A DNA stretch of 64,000 nt from Paraspadella gotoi (lineage: Eukaryota; Animalia; Chaetognatha), in contig CM119263.1 of assembly GCA_051294375.1 (NCBI GenBank), positions 16,955,777-17,019,776 of the forward strand, read 5' to 3'. A program made the translations under genes and the position numbers. Shown here piece by piece: positions 26,191-39,762 of the stretch. Within the stretch, counting starts at the first letter, position 1; every line of letters starts with the position of its first letter. Under the pieces are notes generated by a model. It saw only the letters and a program-made list of their open reading frames with translations. It was not told the origin of the DNA and made no database searches.

Positions 26191-26503
26191 TCTTCAATAG
26201 GTCTTTCCACTTGACCAATTGTCCGCGTTAGCTCTCGAGCAACTTTCAATTGCTTCTTGCCTTCGTAAATTGGTAACCGTTTTCATTGCAGATGGCGCAC
26301 CGTCCACAAAGCGGCTTCTTTTACTGGCGCCGTCGCTGATTTATACGAATTACAATTATAATTTTCTTTCTACTGATTCGCCTGGCAACCGTAGAATCAT
26401 TTCGCCTGTCAACCGCAGAATCATTTTGCCTGGCAACTGCGAAGTCATTTCGTTTTTCCGGCTCGATTCGTCAACGCCTCCCAAGCCTCGTCTTCGCGTT
26501 TGA
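25899..26503 (+). CDS. Two candidate spliced exons of an orphan gene (consensus AISLSTHGCRVFPQKFEAVRFSPPSSLARLKDIYDDDDDDENNEDDDDVAKTINVEKLINAL|VFPLDQL...)
   Basis: Both exons are preceded by (CT)n + AG. The three-copy consensus restores an open frame across the intron ending at 26200. Confidence 0.4.
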
Positions 26504-26893
26504 ATTCACTTTCTTCTTGACTCTCTCTCCATCGAACACCATCTGTTGGCAATTCTTCTGGATGTCGTTGCATCGGTTGTTTTCTTTGTTTAAACAATTA
26601 AAAGTAGAAAACAGTTTAATAAGAATCAAATAATGTTAGCTACGTAAAATGAAAATTAATTGTATAGAATTTTATTAATCTCTACGTGAGCTTTTTTAAA
26701 GCTTTGCCATGCCAAGAATCTCGAGAAAAAAACCATATTTCGCATTTCTGCCAGTTTTTCAAAAAATAGAAATATAAAAAAGGTCTTTATTTTCTGGAAG
26801 CAGCAAGACTTTTCGTGGCTTTTTAGCGGCGGCGTGGCAAGAAAGCTCTTCGTTCCTGATGTTGGAGGATGTTGAAACTGAGAGCGTCAGAAT

Positions 26894-26951
<58 letters not shown>

Positions 26952-27489
26952 TAACTGTTCCGACAGTCGAAAACCGTCACTGGAAGTCGGGATAAAACTC
27001 GGATTTATTTTCCCCTTTTATTTTTGGGAACCGAAATCCAAACAAAATGAAAGTTGAAACGATAGTTGCGAACTTTGATCCTCGCGGCCTCAACCATCCA
27101 CTTTTTTTCTTTTTTTCTTTCTATCACTTTTCAGTTTTTTTCTTCTTTTCTTTCTTTCTTTCTTTCTTTCTTTTCTTCTCCTCTTCTTCTTTATCTCTAT
27201 CTTCTCTGTTCTTCTTTCTTTCTTTTTTTTCTCCCTTTCTTTCTTTTTTCTTTCTTCTTTCTAAATTTTATTCTTTCTCTTTCCAACTCGCCTCATTTTC
27301 TTTTAAAACTCTAAATGAGGAGCGTATGTTTTCTATTGCCGTTCATTGGATGACATATAAAGAAAAGTCTGCTCAGGTAATGTCTCAAAAAATTCCCTTC
27401 ATTTCTTTTCTTTCAATTCAATTTATAATATCATTGTCACATATTTTCTTTCTGATCCGTCAAGGTTAGTTTTCAGCATTTAACTTTCT

Positions 27490-27612
27490 TTTCCCTTCCT
27501 TTCCTTTCCTTTCCTGTCCTGTCCTGTCCTGTCCTGTCCTGTCCTGTCCTGTCCTTTCCTTTCCTTTCCTTTCCTTTCCTTTCCTTTCCTTTCCTTTCCT
27601 TTCCTTTCCTTC
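27490..27612. repeat. Compound (CCTTT)n/(CCTGT)n pentanucleotide array
   Basis: Tandem 5-mers; noisy copy at ~34245-34390. Confidence 0.9.
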
Positions 27613-28053
27613 TCTCTTTTTCATTTTTCTCTATCTTTAATTTTATCTTACTATCTAACTCTTTTTTTCTCCTCGTCTTGTGTTTTTCTTCCGAATTCCA
27701 TTTGTTCTTTTGTTTGACTGATGAAAGTCAGAAAGTAGGAAATGAGGATCAGTGGCGCCAGATGCTGTTGTCCGCCCCTGCGCCACTTTTTTTTTCCTCT
27801 TCAGCGTCCAATATTTAATTATTTATCAACTCCTGTCATATCTATTAAACCCGCTTCTGCTTTAGTCTCGGTCCGGTTATTCTTAGTTAGTGGGATTAAG
27901 ACGTCAACCAGTTTTACTCGTTCTCAGCTTTGATTCCTCACCACATTCACATTAATTAATCTTTTATTTTACTGTAATTTAGTATAAATTCATCAACTAC
28001 GGTTAAATACTCAAATTTATTTATCATATTGATTAGTACCATGTCGACTTTTA

Positions 28054-28520
28054 CAGATGTGGTCAAAAAAAAGTTTAAACTTTGAATCCCCTACTGTCTC
28101 ACTTGTCTGTTAATTAAAAAAGCTTTTTATAGAGGATGGAGCTCCTGGACACAAAGCTAAAGCCACTCAAAAATGGAATGAGGAAAATGAGATAAAGGTG
28201 CTCGAAGGTTGTCCTAGAAATTTGCCTGACTGCAACATCATTGAAAATGTCTGGTCAAGGATAAAAAAAGACATTTTGCTGTACCATGCAACGACAGTCG
28301 ACAAAATCTAAAAAAATATAAAATACATTTGGCGGGAGCTGAATCCTTCATATTTGCGCAGCCTCTATGACTCTCTCCCTCATTGCATGGAAGCGGTGTT
28401 GAAAACAAATGGTAGTCTGACAATATATTAATTAACTGAATATTAAAAATATTATTTTCCTTCAAATAGTGAAATAAAATACTTTTATCCTAATTATTAA
28501 ACTTTTTTTGACCACATGTG
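28054..28520 (+). mobile_element. Internally deleted non-autonomous Tc1-family DNA transposon
   Basis: TA|CAGATGTGGTCAAAAAAAAGTTTAA ... TTAAACTTTTTTTGACCACATGTG|TA (about 25-bp TIRs, TA TSD). Retains the transposase C-terminus EDGAPGHKAKATQKW...VLEGCPRNLPDCNIIENVWSRIK...LYDSLPHCMEAVLKTNGSLTIY* with one internal stop. Confidence 0.93.
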
Positions 28521-28873
28521 TATACTACGTAGTACGTTTACGTTACAATTCAACTGTTTAGTTTAGTTTAGTTCAAATTTTTTAACTTTTTAGAATTCCT
28601 GTTTCCGAAAAAATGGAAAAAATAAATTTCTAGGACAACAAAAATATAAATGAGAGAAACAAAAATTCCTTATTTAAATGAAAAAAAAAGGCAGCAAACA
28701 GAAGATAGAAAAAAAGTAAACCCAAAAAAGTGAACGAAAAGACGATGCATTCAAAACTAAACGTACAAAAAAAAACCGGATTTTCATGCTGTTTTGGGTC
28801 TTAGGGAGAAACGGGGTAAACAAGCGAAGTCGTAAAAAGATATTTTTATGAGTCGACTTCGGTTCTAAGTTAG

Positions 28874-29477
28874 GGACGAGCAAAGCGCCGAGAACCGACG
28901 CCAATCCGTCCACGCGCCGTCGAAGGGATTGAGCGAGCTAATCGCCGTCGATGGGATCTGGTGTCGATCCGCGCCGCCGCATAGAAAAAAAGAGAAGACG
29001 ATATCAGGATTCTTTTACTTAATGTAAGGGTGACGTAGAGTTCACTTAATTGCCGTCTACTAAGAATTTTGAGTCGCATCGAGAAACGTAGTAGTTTTCG
29101 AGAAGAGATGATGCCCGTTATTACCACATTTCAAAAGATCGTTGTCCAATGTCTACCAACCAGATTCAAAACTGCCTTTGATGCACAAAGGCGCACGACG
29201 GTGAGCGATCCTCTTTAGATTCGAGTCTCGGGACTCAACTCCGAAACGTTTGACGAATTAAGGCCGGTAGGAGGAAGAAAGAAGGAGGAAAAGGGAGGAA
29301 GAAATAAAGAAAAGAGAAAAGGGAGGAAGGGGTGAAAGAAGGAAAAGAGAAGGGGATAGAAATGAGAGTGTCTGATCGATCAACCGCGCACGTCATAGAG
29401 ATGAGAGAGAGAGGAGAGAAGAGAGGGGGGGAGTGAAGAGAGAGAGAGAAGAGAGAGAAAGAGAGAGAGAGGAGAGA

Positions 29478-29530
<53 letters not shown>

Positions 29531-29675
29531 CAGAGTACATTCGGAGGAAAAAAAATTGTGCATGTTCCAATATTTTAGGTATGGACTCGGAACTACTATT
29601 AACCGTTCCGTTCTTTGTCAAACAATTCCCGTAATTTATTTCACAAGAGCTGAGCTTTGCGGCAAAACTCATTAG
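28874..29675 (+). CDS. Three candidate spliced exons of an orphan gene (28874-29023, 29065-29200, 29579-29675)
   Basis: GTAAGG donor with a 41-nt intron, then a GTGAGC donor; the joined frame is open (…TISGFFYLIILSRIEKRSSFREEMMPVITTFQKIVVQCLPTRFKTAFDAQRRTT). The two-copy consensus of exon 3 gives VLDSELLLTVPFFVKQIPVIYFTRAELCGKTH*. Confidence 0.45.
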
Positions 29676-30233
29676 GTTATTGAAGGTAAGTCAATCTCCT
29701 TTCAAATTCAGACATTGTCTACTCTAAATTATGCGAACCGTTCGAGGAAAAATTTTTTTTTTTCCCCTTTTTTTCTTCTTTTTCTCCGAAAATTTTCCCG
29801 GATCGTACGAATTTGCGGAGAAAATGGTTGGAGAGAAGGAAGGGGTATGGTCTGAGGGAGGAAGAGAAGAAGTGGCAGAAGGACCAAAAGAAAGAAAAGA
29901 AGGGAGGAAGTAGAAATGGAAAACAAATGGATGTAGGATGGACAACAATGGTAGAAGGAAAAATAAAGAACGAAAAGGGCGGGTGGGTTGGGTGAGAGGA
30001 AGAAGGAGAATTTTGAAAAAGATGGAGGGAAAGAGAAAAAGGAAATAGAAAGAGAGTGACTAAACGACGCTGATGGCGGAGAATATGGCAAGAAGGCCGC
30101 AGACCGCGAAACAGAGGCGGAAATGGCAAAAAAAAAAACCAAAGTTAGTTTGGCGAAACTGGCGAAACCGGCGGTAAGGACGGGAAAGGGGGAAAAAGAA
30201 AAACTGAGAACCTGATTTTTAGTTTCAACTCAC

Positions 30234-30334
30234 GTATCGACCCCATCGTCGTCGCGTCGTCTTTGTCGTCGGAGTCATCGTCTTTTGCAGAGTCGTCGTC
30301 GTCGTCGTCGTCGTTTCTCTTTTCGCCATCATCT

Positions 30335-30378
<44 letters not shown>

Positions 30379-30531
30379 CTCGTCGTCATCTCCGCCACCG
30401 TCGCACGTTACGCATTGCCCGTCGGTCCCCTCCCCGAAATTCCAGATGTAAACCAAAAGAGCGAATCTGCCGAGACAGTTGACGACAGCTTGGTTCAGCC
30501 TTCCGGGGAGTTGCAAGCATTTATGAGGCAA
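30234..30531 (-). CDS. Candidate Asp-rich exon (strand uncertain)
   Basis: Open frame RFALLVYIWNFGEGTDGQCVTCDGGGDDDEDDD...SAKDDDSDDKDDATT ending at a GTGAGT donor. A + strand Ser/Arg-rich reading is also open. Confidence 0.3.
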
Positions 30532-30695
30532 GCTCGTTGTTAGGAACCCTCTCTTAATTAAACAGGAGAGATAAGGAGGTCGTTTTTAAAACGCGGGAGA
30601 CCGACGCCAAGTAGATACTGGATGGTCTATCATTAAACCTCGCTGAATGGTTCGACTGGTCTTGATTAGANNNNNNNNNNNNNNNNNNNNNNNNN

Positions 30696-31900
30696 AGATC
30701 CTGTCTATACTATCAAGATTGGAGAAGAGCAGCGCGTGGGCGTGTTGCGGTTTTGGAAACGTGATGGGAATAAAAGAATGTAATATAAGTAAGGTCAGAG
30801 TTAGAAGCATTGAGTAAGTTGGAGGGCATTTACCTCCAAGAAAAGCATGAAGTCAGTCTTAAGATTAAAGTTGAAACGAATTATTTATTATTTATAAAAC
30901 ATTGATTGGTTTGAATCAATACTACAAAAAAGCGCATGATTAACTGCAAAAATTTATATCATCGCAGCGTTATCAGTGTTAATTACGTCATACGCTATCA
31001 GATAGCGACGTTTATTTATGAATTAGATATGACGAATGCAAGAATACGTGAAACTCTGAGTGGACCAGACCGTACGACCATACTTCACGCCGGTTGCTAA
31101 ATTGAGAGGCTTATGGCTTATTACTGAGATTATACGTTACTCCCCCTGCCCAAAAATCAATTAAATCACTACTTTAATTTTCTACAACCTCACTAAATAT
31201 GCAAGTGAGATTCTTAAAAACTTCAGAAATCATCCCCGTCGAAACAATTTTAAACTCTTAAAAGTGCCGTCCGTGAAAACGTGACTCCAGCTGAGCGATA
31301 ATTCTCTCGAGTATCGAGAGCTGAGAATCTAGGAATTCTCCTCATTCTTTCATAATTATGTATTCTGACGCCTCCGTCATTTCTTTCTTGACAGCCGATT
31401 CCGAATATTTTCGTTTTCATCGAGCAAAAATGTCTCGTCATTTGTTGTTTTGTTTGTTTTTTCTTTTTGATTGAGGAGATTTCGATGAAAAGCTTTTCCG
31501 AGTTTGTGACAGACAGAAATGCGGAATGTGGAATTCGGCGGATTGGCGCTCATGTGTTTTTTATTGATTTTGTCAATGCTATTACTTTTAAACGATTTTC
31601 TTCTCAGTTTTAAAACGATTTCTATCAGTTTTAAACGATTTTCTGTTAGTTTTCAAACTAATGGACTAAACCATAATTTGAAAGTAAAAATAAAACGACA
31701 TTAGGAAAGTGAACTCTTTCGATGCAATTAAGTTCCTGAAAGTATTCGATACGATTTATTATCATTATTATATTTTTCTCCCTCATTAGTTCGACGCCCC
31801 TCGACGCCCCAACTTCCGCCTCAATTCCCGACGTGCATCTTTGCCCATAAAACGCTCCATCTTCGCCCGCTTCGAATCTTCCGCCTGCATCTCTTTTTTC

Positions 31901-31932
<32 letters not shown>

Positions 31933-32399
31933 CCATTTGCAGCCCATTGCTCTTCCCCCAATTAGATCTTCGTTCTCCTCGCCACCATCGCCGGCGATCG
32001 TCCGACCTCTAGAGGCTCGAGTCATTGACGCCGCCGCAGTCGCCCGCCTGCCCGACACCCGCCGCACGGACTTCCTCTTCTTGTTTTTTTCATTTATATC
32101 CTCGTTTCGCCACACCACTCTCAGCCCACGCACCCAATCCTTGCGGGCCGAGTTTGTTTAGTTTTTCTCAGATTTGCCGACGTCGCGGACCACAAACATG
32201 ATCCTCCTCTTTTCCATTCCATCTTTCCAACACCAACCAACATCCATTGACTCCCCACTTACATACTTAAGCATTTTCCTCTCCTCGCTCTTTTAACCAG
32301 CTGGCCCTTTTTTTTCCCCGCCCGGACACAACCAAATCTCTCTCCTTCTCTCCTCTCCCTCTCTCCTCTCTCTCTCTCTATTTTTTTCTCTCTCTATCT

Positions 32400-32479
<80 letters not shown>

Positions 32480-32725
32480 CTCTCTCGTCTCTCTCTCTCT
32501 CTCTCTCTTTAAAGCGCCATCTCTCTTTCCACCCACGGTTGTCGTGTTTTTCCCCAAAATTCGAAGCCGTCGCGTGTTTTCCCGCTCCTCGTCTTTGGCC
32601 AAGCTAAAGACATATACGACGACGACGACGACGAGAGAACAACGAAGACGGACGACGACGTGGTCGAAAACGCATTAACGTTGAAAAGCTAATAAACGCT
32701 CTCGTTTCGGCGGCCGTCTCCTCTC

Positions 32726-32804
<79 letters not shown>

Positions 32805-33518
32805 TCTTCAAATAGGTCTTTCCACTTGACCAATTGCCGCGTTAGCTCTCGAAGCAACTTTCAATTGCTCTTGCCTTCGTAAATTGGTAACCGTTCATTG
32901 CAGATGGCGCACGTCCACAAAGCGGCTTCTTTTTACTGGCGCCGTCGCTGATTTAACGAATTACAATTATAATTTTCTTTCTACTGATTCGCCTGGCAAC
33001 GTAGAATCCATTTTCGCCTGTCAACCGCCAGAATCATTTTGCCTGGCAACCTGCGAAGTCATTTCGTTTTTTCCGGCTCGATTCGTCAACGCCTCCCAAA
33101 GCCTCGTCTTCGCGTTTGGATTCACTTTCTTCTTGACTCTCTCTCCATCGAACACCATCTGTTGGCAATTCTTTCTGGATGTCGTTGCATCGGTTGTTTT
33201 CTTTGTTTAAACCAATTAAAAGTAGAAACAGTTTATAAGAATCAAATAATGTTAGCTACGTAAAATGAAAATTAATTGATATAGAATTTTATTAATCTCT
33301 ACGTGAGCTTTTTTTTAAAGCTTTGCCATGCCAAGAATCTCCGAGAAAAAAAAACCATATTTCGCATTTCTGCCAGTTTTTCAAAAAAATAGAAATATAA
33401 AAAAAGGTCTTTATTTTCTGGAAGCAGCAAGACTTTTCGTGGCATTTAGCGCGGCGTGGCAAAGAAAGCTCTTCGTTCCTGATGTTGGGGGATGTTGAAC
33501 TGAGAGCGTCAGAATGCT

Positions 33519-33557
<39 letters not shown>

Positions 33558-33799
33558 TCTCTCTCTCCTCTTCTCTCCTCTCTCTCTCCTTCTCTCTTCT
33601 TTCCCTAATGGTTCCGACAGTCAGAAACCGTCACTGGAAGTCGGATAAAACTCGGATTATATTTCCCCTTTTATTTTTGGGAACCGAAATCCAAAACAAA
33701 ATGAAAGTTGAAACGATAGTGCGAACTTGATCCTCGCGGCCTCAACCATCCACTTTTTTTCTTTTTCTTTCTATCACTTTTCAGTTTTTTCTTCTTCTC

Positions 33800-33835
<36 letters not shown>

Positions 33836-36235
33836 TTCTTTTTCCATTTCTTTCTTTTCTTCTTTCTCTTCTTCTTCTTCTTTCTTTCTTTTCTCTTCTT
33901 CTTCTTTTTCTCTCTTTCTTTCTTTCTTTCTTTCTGTTCTTTCTTCTTTCTTTCTTTCTCTTTCTTTCTTTCTTTCTTTCTTTCTTTTTTTCTCCCTTTC
34001 TTCTTTTTTCTTTCTTCTTCTAATTTTATTCTTTCTCTTTCCAACTCGCCTCATTTTCTTTTAAACTCTAAATGAGAGCGTATGTTTCTATTGCCGTTCA
34101 TTGGATGACATATAAAGAAAAGTCTGCTCAGGTAATGTCTCAAAAAATTCCCTTCATTTCTTTTCTTTCAATTCAATTTATAATATCATTGTCACATATT
34201 TTCTTTCTGATCAGTCAAGGTTTATTTTCAGCATTTACTTTCTTTTCCCTTCCTTTCCTTTCCTTTCCTGTCCTGTCCTGTCCTCTGTCCTGTCCTGTTC
34301 CTTCCTTCCTGTCCTTTCCTTTCTCCTTTCCTTTCCTTTTTCCTTCCTGTCCTTTCCTTTCCTCTTCCTTTCTTTCCTTTCCTTCCTTCTCTTTTTTCAT
34401 TTTCTCTATCTTTAATTTATCTTACTATCTAACTCTTTTTTTTCTCCTCGTCTGTTGTTTTTCTTCCGAATTCCATTTGTTCTTTGTTTTGACTGATGAA
34501 GTCAGGAAAGTTAGGAAATGAGGATCAGTTGGCGACCAGATGCTGTTTCCGCCCCTGCGCCACTTTTTTTTTTCCTATTCAGCGTCCAATATTTAATTAT
34601 TTATCAACTCCTGTCAATATCTATTAAACCCGCTTCTGCTTTAGTCTCGGTCGGTTATTCTTAGGTTAGTGGGATTAAGACGTCAAACCAGTTTTACTCG
34701 TTCTCAGCTTTGATTCCTCACCACATTCACATTAATTAATCTTTTATTTCTACTGTAATTTAGTATAAATTCATCACTACGGTTAAATACTCAAATTTAT
34801 TTATCATATTGATTAGTACCATGTCGACTTTTACAGATGTGGTCAAAAAAAAGTTTTAAACTTTGAATCCCCTACTGTCTCACTTGTCTGTTAATTAAAC
34901 AAAGCTTTTTATAGAGGATGGAGCTCCTGGACACAAAGCTAAAGCCACTCAAAAATGTGAATGAGGAAAATGAGATAAAGGTGCTCGAAGGTTTGTCCTA
35001 GAAATTTGCCTGACTGCAAATCATTGAAAATGTCTGTGTCAAGGATAAAAAAAAGACATTTGCTGTACCAATGCAACGACAGTCCGACAAAATCTAAAAA
35101 AATATAAAATACATTTGGCGGGAGCTGAATCCTTCATATTTGCGCAGCCTCTATGACTCTCTCCCTCATTGCATGGAAGCGGTGTTGAAAACAAATGGTA
35201 GTCTGACAATATATTAATTAACTGAATATTAAAATATTATTTTCCTTCAAATAGTGAAATAAAATACTTTTATCCTAATTATTAAACTTTTTTGACCACA
35301 TGTGTATACTACGTAGTACGTTTACGTTACAATTCAACTGTTAGTTTAGTTTTAGTTCAAATTTTTAACTTTTTAGAATTCCTGTTTCCGAAAAAAATGG
35401 AAAAAATAAATTTCTAGGACAACAAAAAATATAAATGAGAGAAACAAAAAATTCCTTATTTAAATGAAAAAAAAAGGCAGCAACAGAAGATAGAAAAAAA
35501 GTAAACCCAAAAAAGTGAACGAAAAGACGATGCATTCAAAACTAAACGTACAAAAAAAAACCGGATTTTCATGCTGTTTTGGGTCTAGGGGAGAAACGCG
35601 GGTAAACAAGCGAAGTCGTAAAAAGATATTTTTATGAGTCGACTTCGGTTCTAAGTTAGGGCACGAGCAAAGCGCCGAGAACCGACGCCAATCCGTCCAA
35701 CGCGCCGTCGAAGGATTGAGCGAGCTAATCGCCGTCGATGGGATCTGGTGTCGATCCGCGCCGCCGCATAGAAAAAAGAGAAGACGATATCAGGATTCTT
35801 TTACTTAATGTAAGGGTGACGTAGATTCACTTAATTGCCGTCTACTAAGAATTTTGAGTCGCATCGAGAAACGTAGTAGTTTTCGAGAAGAGATGATGCC
35901 CGTTATTACCACATTTCAAAAGATCGTTGTCCAATGTCTACCAACCAGATTCAAAACTGCTTTGATGCACAAAGGCGCACGACGGTGAGCGATCCTCTTT
36001 AGATTCGAGTCTCGGGACTCAACTCCGAAACGTTTGACGAATTAAGGCGGTAGGAGGAAGAAAGAAGGAGGAAAAGGGAGGAAGAAATAAAGAAAAGAGA
36101 AAAGGGAGGAAGGGGTGAAAGAAGGAAAAGAGAAGGGGATAGAAATGAGAGTGTCTGATCATCAAGCCGCGCACGTCATAGAGAGAGAGAGAGAGAGAGA
36201 GGAGGGGAGGGGAGGAGAGAGAGAGAAGAGAGAGA

Positions 36236-36306
<71 letters not shown>

Positions 36307-37446
36307 CAGAGTAACATTCGGAGGAAAAAAAATTGTGCATGTTCCAATATTTTAGTATTGGACTCGGAACTACTATTAACCGTTCCGTTCTTTGTCAAAC
36401 AAATCCCGTAATTTATTTCACAAGAGCTGAGCTTTGCGGCAAAACTCATTAGGTTATTGAAGGTAAGTCAATCTCCTTTCAAATTCAGACATTGTCTACT
36501 CTAAATTATGCGAACCGTTCGAGGAAAAATTTTTTTTTTTCCCCTTTTTTTCTTCTTTTTCTCGAAAATTTTCCCGGATTGTACGAATTTGCGGAGAAAA
36601 TGGTTGGAGAGAAGGAAGGGGTATGGTCTGAGGGAGGAAGAGAAGAAGTGGCAGAAGGACCAAAAGAAAGAAAAGAAGGGAGGAAGTAGAAATGGAAAAC
36701 AAATGGATGTAGGATGGACAACAATGGTAGAAGGAAAAATAAAGACGAAAAGGGCGGTGTGGTTGGTGAGAGGAAGAAGGAGAATTTTGAAAAAGATGAG
36801 GGAAAGAGAAAAAGGAAATAGAAAGAGATGACTAAACGACGCTGATGGCGGAGAATATGGCAAGAAAGGCCGCAGACCCGAAACAGAGGCGGGAAATGGC
36901 AAAAAAAAAAACCAAAGTTAGTTTGGCGAAACTGGCGAAACCGGCGGAAGGACGGGAAAGGGGGAAAAGAAAAACTGAGAACCTGATTTTAGTTTCAACT
37001 CACGTATACGACCCCATTCGTCGTCGCGTCGTCTTTGTCGTCGGAGTCATCGTCTTTTGCAGAGTCGTTCGTCGTCGTCGTCGTCGTTTCTCTTTTCGCC
37101 ATCATCTTCGTCGTTCGTCTCGTCGTCGTCGTCGTCGTCGTTCGTCGTCGTCGTCCTCGTCGTCATCTCCGCCACCGTCGCACGTTACGCATTGCCCTCG
37201 GTCCCCTCCCCGAAATTCCAGATGTAAACCAAAAGAGCGAATCTGCCGAGACAGTTGACGACAGCTTGGTTCAGCCTTCCGGGGAGTTGCAAGCATTTAT
37301 GAGGCAAGTCGTTGTTAGGAACCCTCTCTTAATTAAAACAGGAGAGATAAGGAGGTCGTTTTTTAAAACGCTGGGAGACCGACGCAAGTAGATACTGGAT
37401 GGCATCATTTAAACCTCGCTGAATGGTTCGACTGGTCTTGATTAGA
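30696..37446 (+). repeat. Segment A copy 3 (~6.75 kb, noisiest)
   Basis: Starts after a 25-N gap at the same base (AGATCCTGTCTATACTATC) as copy 2. Confidence 0.97.
34834..35304 (+). mobile_element. Second copy of the deleted Tc1 element (inside duplicated segment A)
   Basis: Same TIRs, TA sites and identical flanks as 28054-28520. Confidence 0.9.
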
Positions 37447-37554
37447 GAAATAGAGTGGGTTAGTTAAAAAACGAGGAGAGAGAGAGAGAGAGAGGGAGAG
37501 AGAGAGAGAGGAGAAGAGAGAGAGAAAGAGAGAGAGAGGAGACGGGAGAGAGAG

Positions 37555-37615
<61 letters not shown>

Positions 37616-37839
37616 GCTTCCGTTAACAAAGCGCGTTCACTTAAAGGCCGTCGACTTGAAGTTTATGCACCGAGCTTCATTATCGGCGTTTTTCGTGCGT
37701 TCATTTTTTGATTCAAGCCTTTTTCGATCTTAGTTTTTTTTTCGTTCCTGTCCTTTACCTTGTAAAAAAAGGTTTTCTTTTTTGAAAACTTTCCTTTTTC
37801 TTTTCCTCAATACATGAACTAAATTTTAACATTCATATT

Positions 37840-38003
37840 TAATCCCAATCTGTTACCTAACCCAATGTCTATATTTAATCCATAACCCTAATCCTAACTC
37901 TATTCCCTAACCCTAATCCTTAATCCTAATCCTTAACCCTAATCCTTAACCTTAACCTTTAGCCTAATCTTTAATCTTAAAAGCTAACTTAATTTCTAAT
38001 TTA
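37840..38003. repeat. Degenerate (CCCTAA)n-like interstitial array
   Basis: ccctaa/cctaat/ccttaa hexamer variants; duplicate at ~44280-44440. Confidence 0.75.
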
Positions 38004-38417
38004 AGATGAAATGGACCTTTTTTGGAAAAGAGCATAGTTCCTAAAGCAACATTTAATAAACGAAGAGCAATGGATGATAGGCAACTAAATAAAAAGACAA
38101 GTTACCTTTTTTCTCCTCGTCTTTCTTCATAATTATTAAAATTTGTAATATCCGCCGCGACCCCCCCCCCCGGCGTTTTTTTTTTGTCTTCCGTCAAATT
38201 TTTTCATTTACCCGGTTGAAAAAACACTTTTTGTTTTCGGATTGAAACTTAATTTCAATTCAATTTTATCGCGCGTCGTTTGTCGAGACAACGCGAAGGA
38301 AAAAAAAAAATCACTTACGCTTAAAAACCTTTTTAATCTAAAGAGACGAAGCGTTTCGGTTTTGCAATGAGAGCGCTTAAAACACCTGAACTTGTAGTAA
38401 GAGCTATCTCGTCGGGG

Positions 38418-38505
<88 letters not shown>

Positions 38506-39104
38506 GTCTATGCGAGAGCAATATACCCAGCGGTGCCATGTACGTGATGAGCTTTTGTGTTGATTCAGGAAGGGAGAAACGTTTTATGATATAGGAAAGT
38601 GTAAATAAATGGGTTGGGAATTGCAAACGCGCGCCCGCCTATCAGGAAATCCCCTTTTTTTTGTAGAAAAAGAGAAATAGAGAGCACTATAGAGTTTTTT
38701 ATGTTTTTAACATTTTTTCTCATTGTTTACAAAGATTTATGGCATCAGGAACTCACAGTAGAATACTGTTATACTAACTTAGAATGTCATTTATATACAC
38801 AACATAAGTTCAAATATACTTTAATTAAATCATACGATGAATAAATCAAAGTATCTTACTGCATCTATTGTTTCCTCCTCCTCAGCGGCATAAATCATAC
38901 ATTTTTAATTTCGAGAGTGGAAGACGAAGCGGGAGACAAAGAGAAAAACTAAGAAAAAAAGAATCAAAAGAAAAAAGAAAGAAATAAAATAAAAGAAAAG
39001 AAAAGAAAAGACTTGGGCAACAGTGAAGGAGCAACTAATTTTCTTCGTTTCACTAACTACCAAAGAAAGTTTCATAACCTCATCCCGGAAATGATTTATC
39101 ATCC

Positions 39105-39171
<67 letters not shown>

Positions 39172-39686
39172 CCTCTTCCCTGTTCTTATACTCTTCGGCG
39201 CACATTATCTTCGTATTCCCCAGGTAGACAGATTCCCAACAGGTGCTTTAATTTCCAGTCTCTCTCTTCAGTTTTCTTGGCACAGGAAAAAAATTTGGCT
39301 TTTTTCTCATCAATATTTTTTATATAACAAGTCGGATAGCCGGATCTAAGTATAACGTTAGTGACTAGTATTTATCTAGTGATTATCAAATGACTTATCG
39401 TGACAAATCCTAAGAAAAATACATTACAGCTTTTTTCTTTTTTATTTTACAATTCTCTTTTTCTTATGATATCCATTTCCAAATGATTAGTGTAAATAAA
39501 ACTTTGACTATAAGATTCTAAACTCTGCCTGGGCGTAGCCCTTTTTCCGCCCAGCTTTATACGGGAGAGAAAGATGGGAGGGCGGGAAGAGGGTTGGAGG
39601 GAAGGGCGGGAAAAAGATATTCGTAATTCCGGCTTGAGGAACCTTGAATGTGAAGGCTTCATCCGGTTTTGCCGGAATGAGAAGAA

Positions 39687-39762
<76 letters not shown>

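Larger units (their letters stand above)
24082..30670 (+). repeat. Segment A copy 2 (~6.6 kb)
   Basis: Bounded by 25-N gaps on both sides; colinear with copy 3, differing mainly by 1-nt indels. Confidence 0.97.

Noticed and set aside
34834-35304. Independent second Tc1 transposition
   Set aside because: The flanks are identical to the first copy, so it is part of the duplicated segment.
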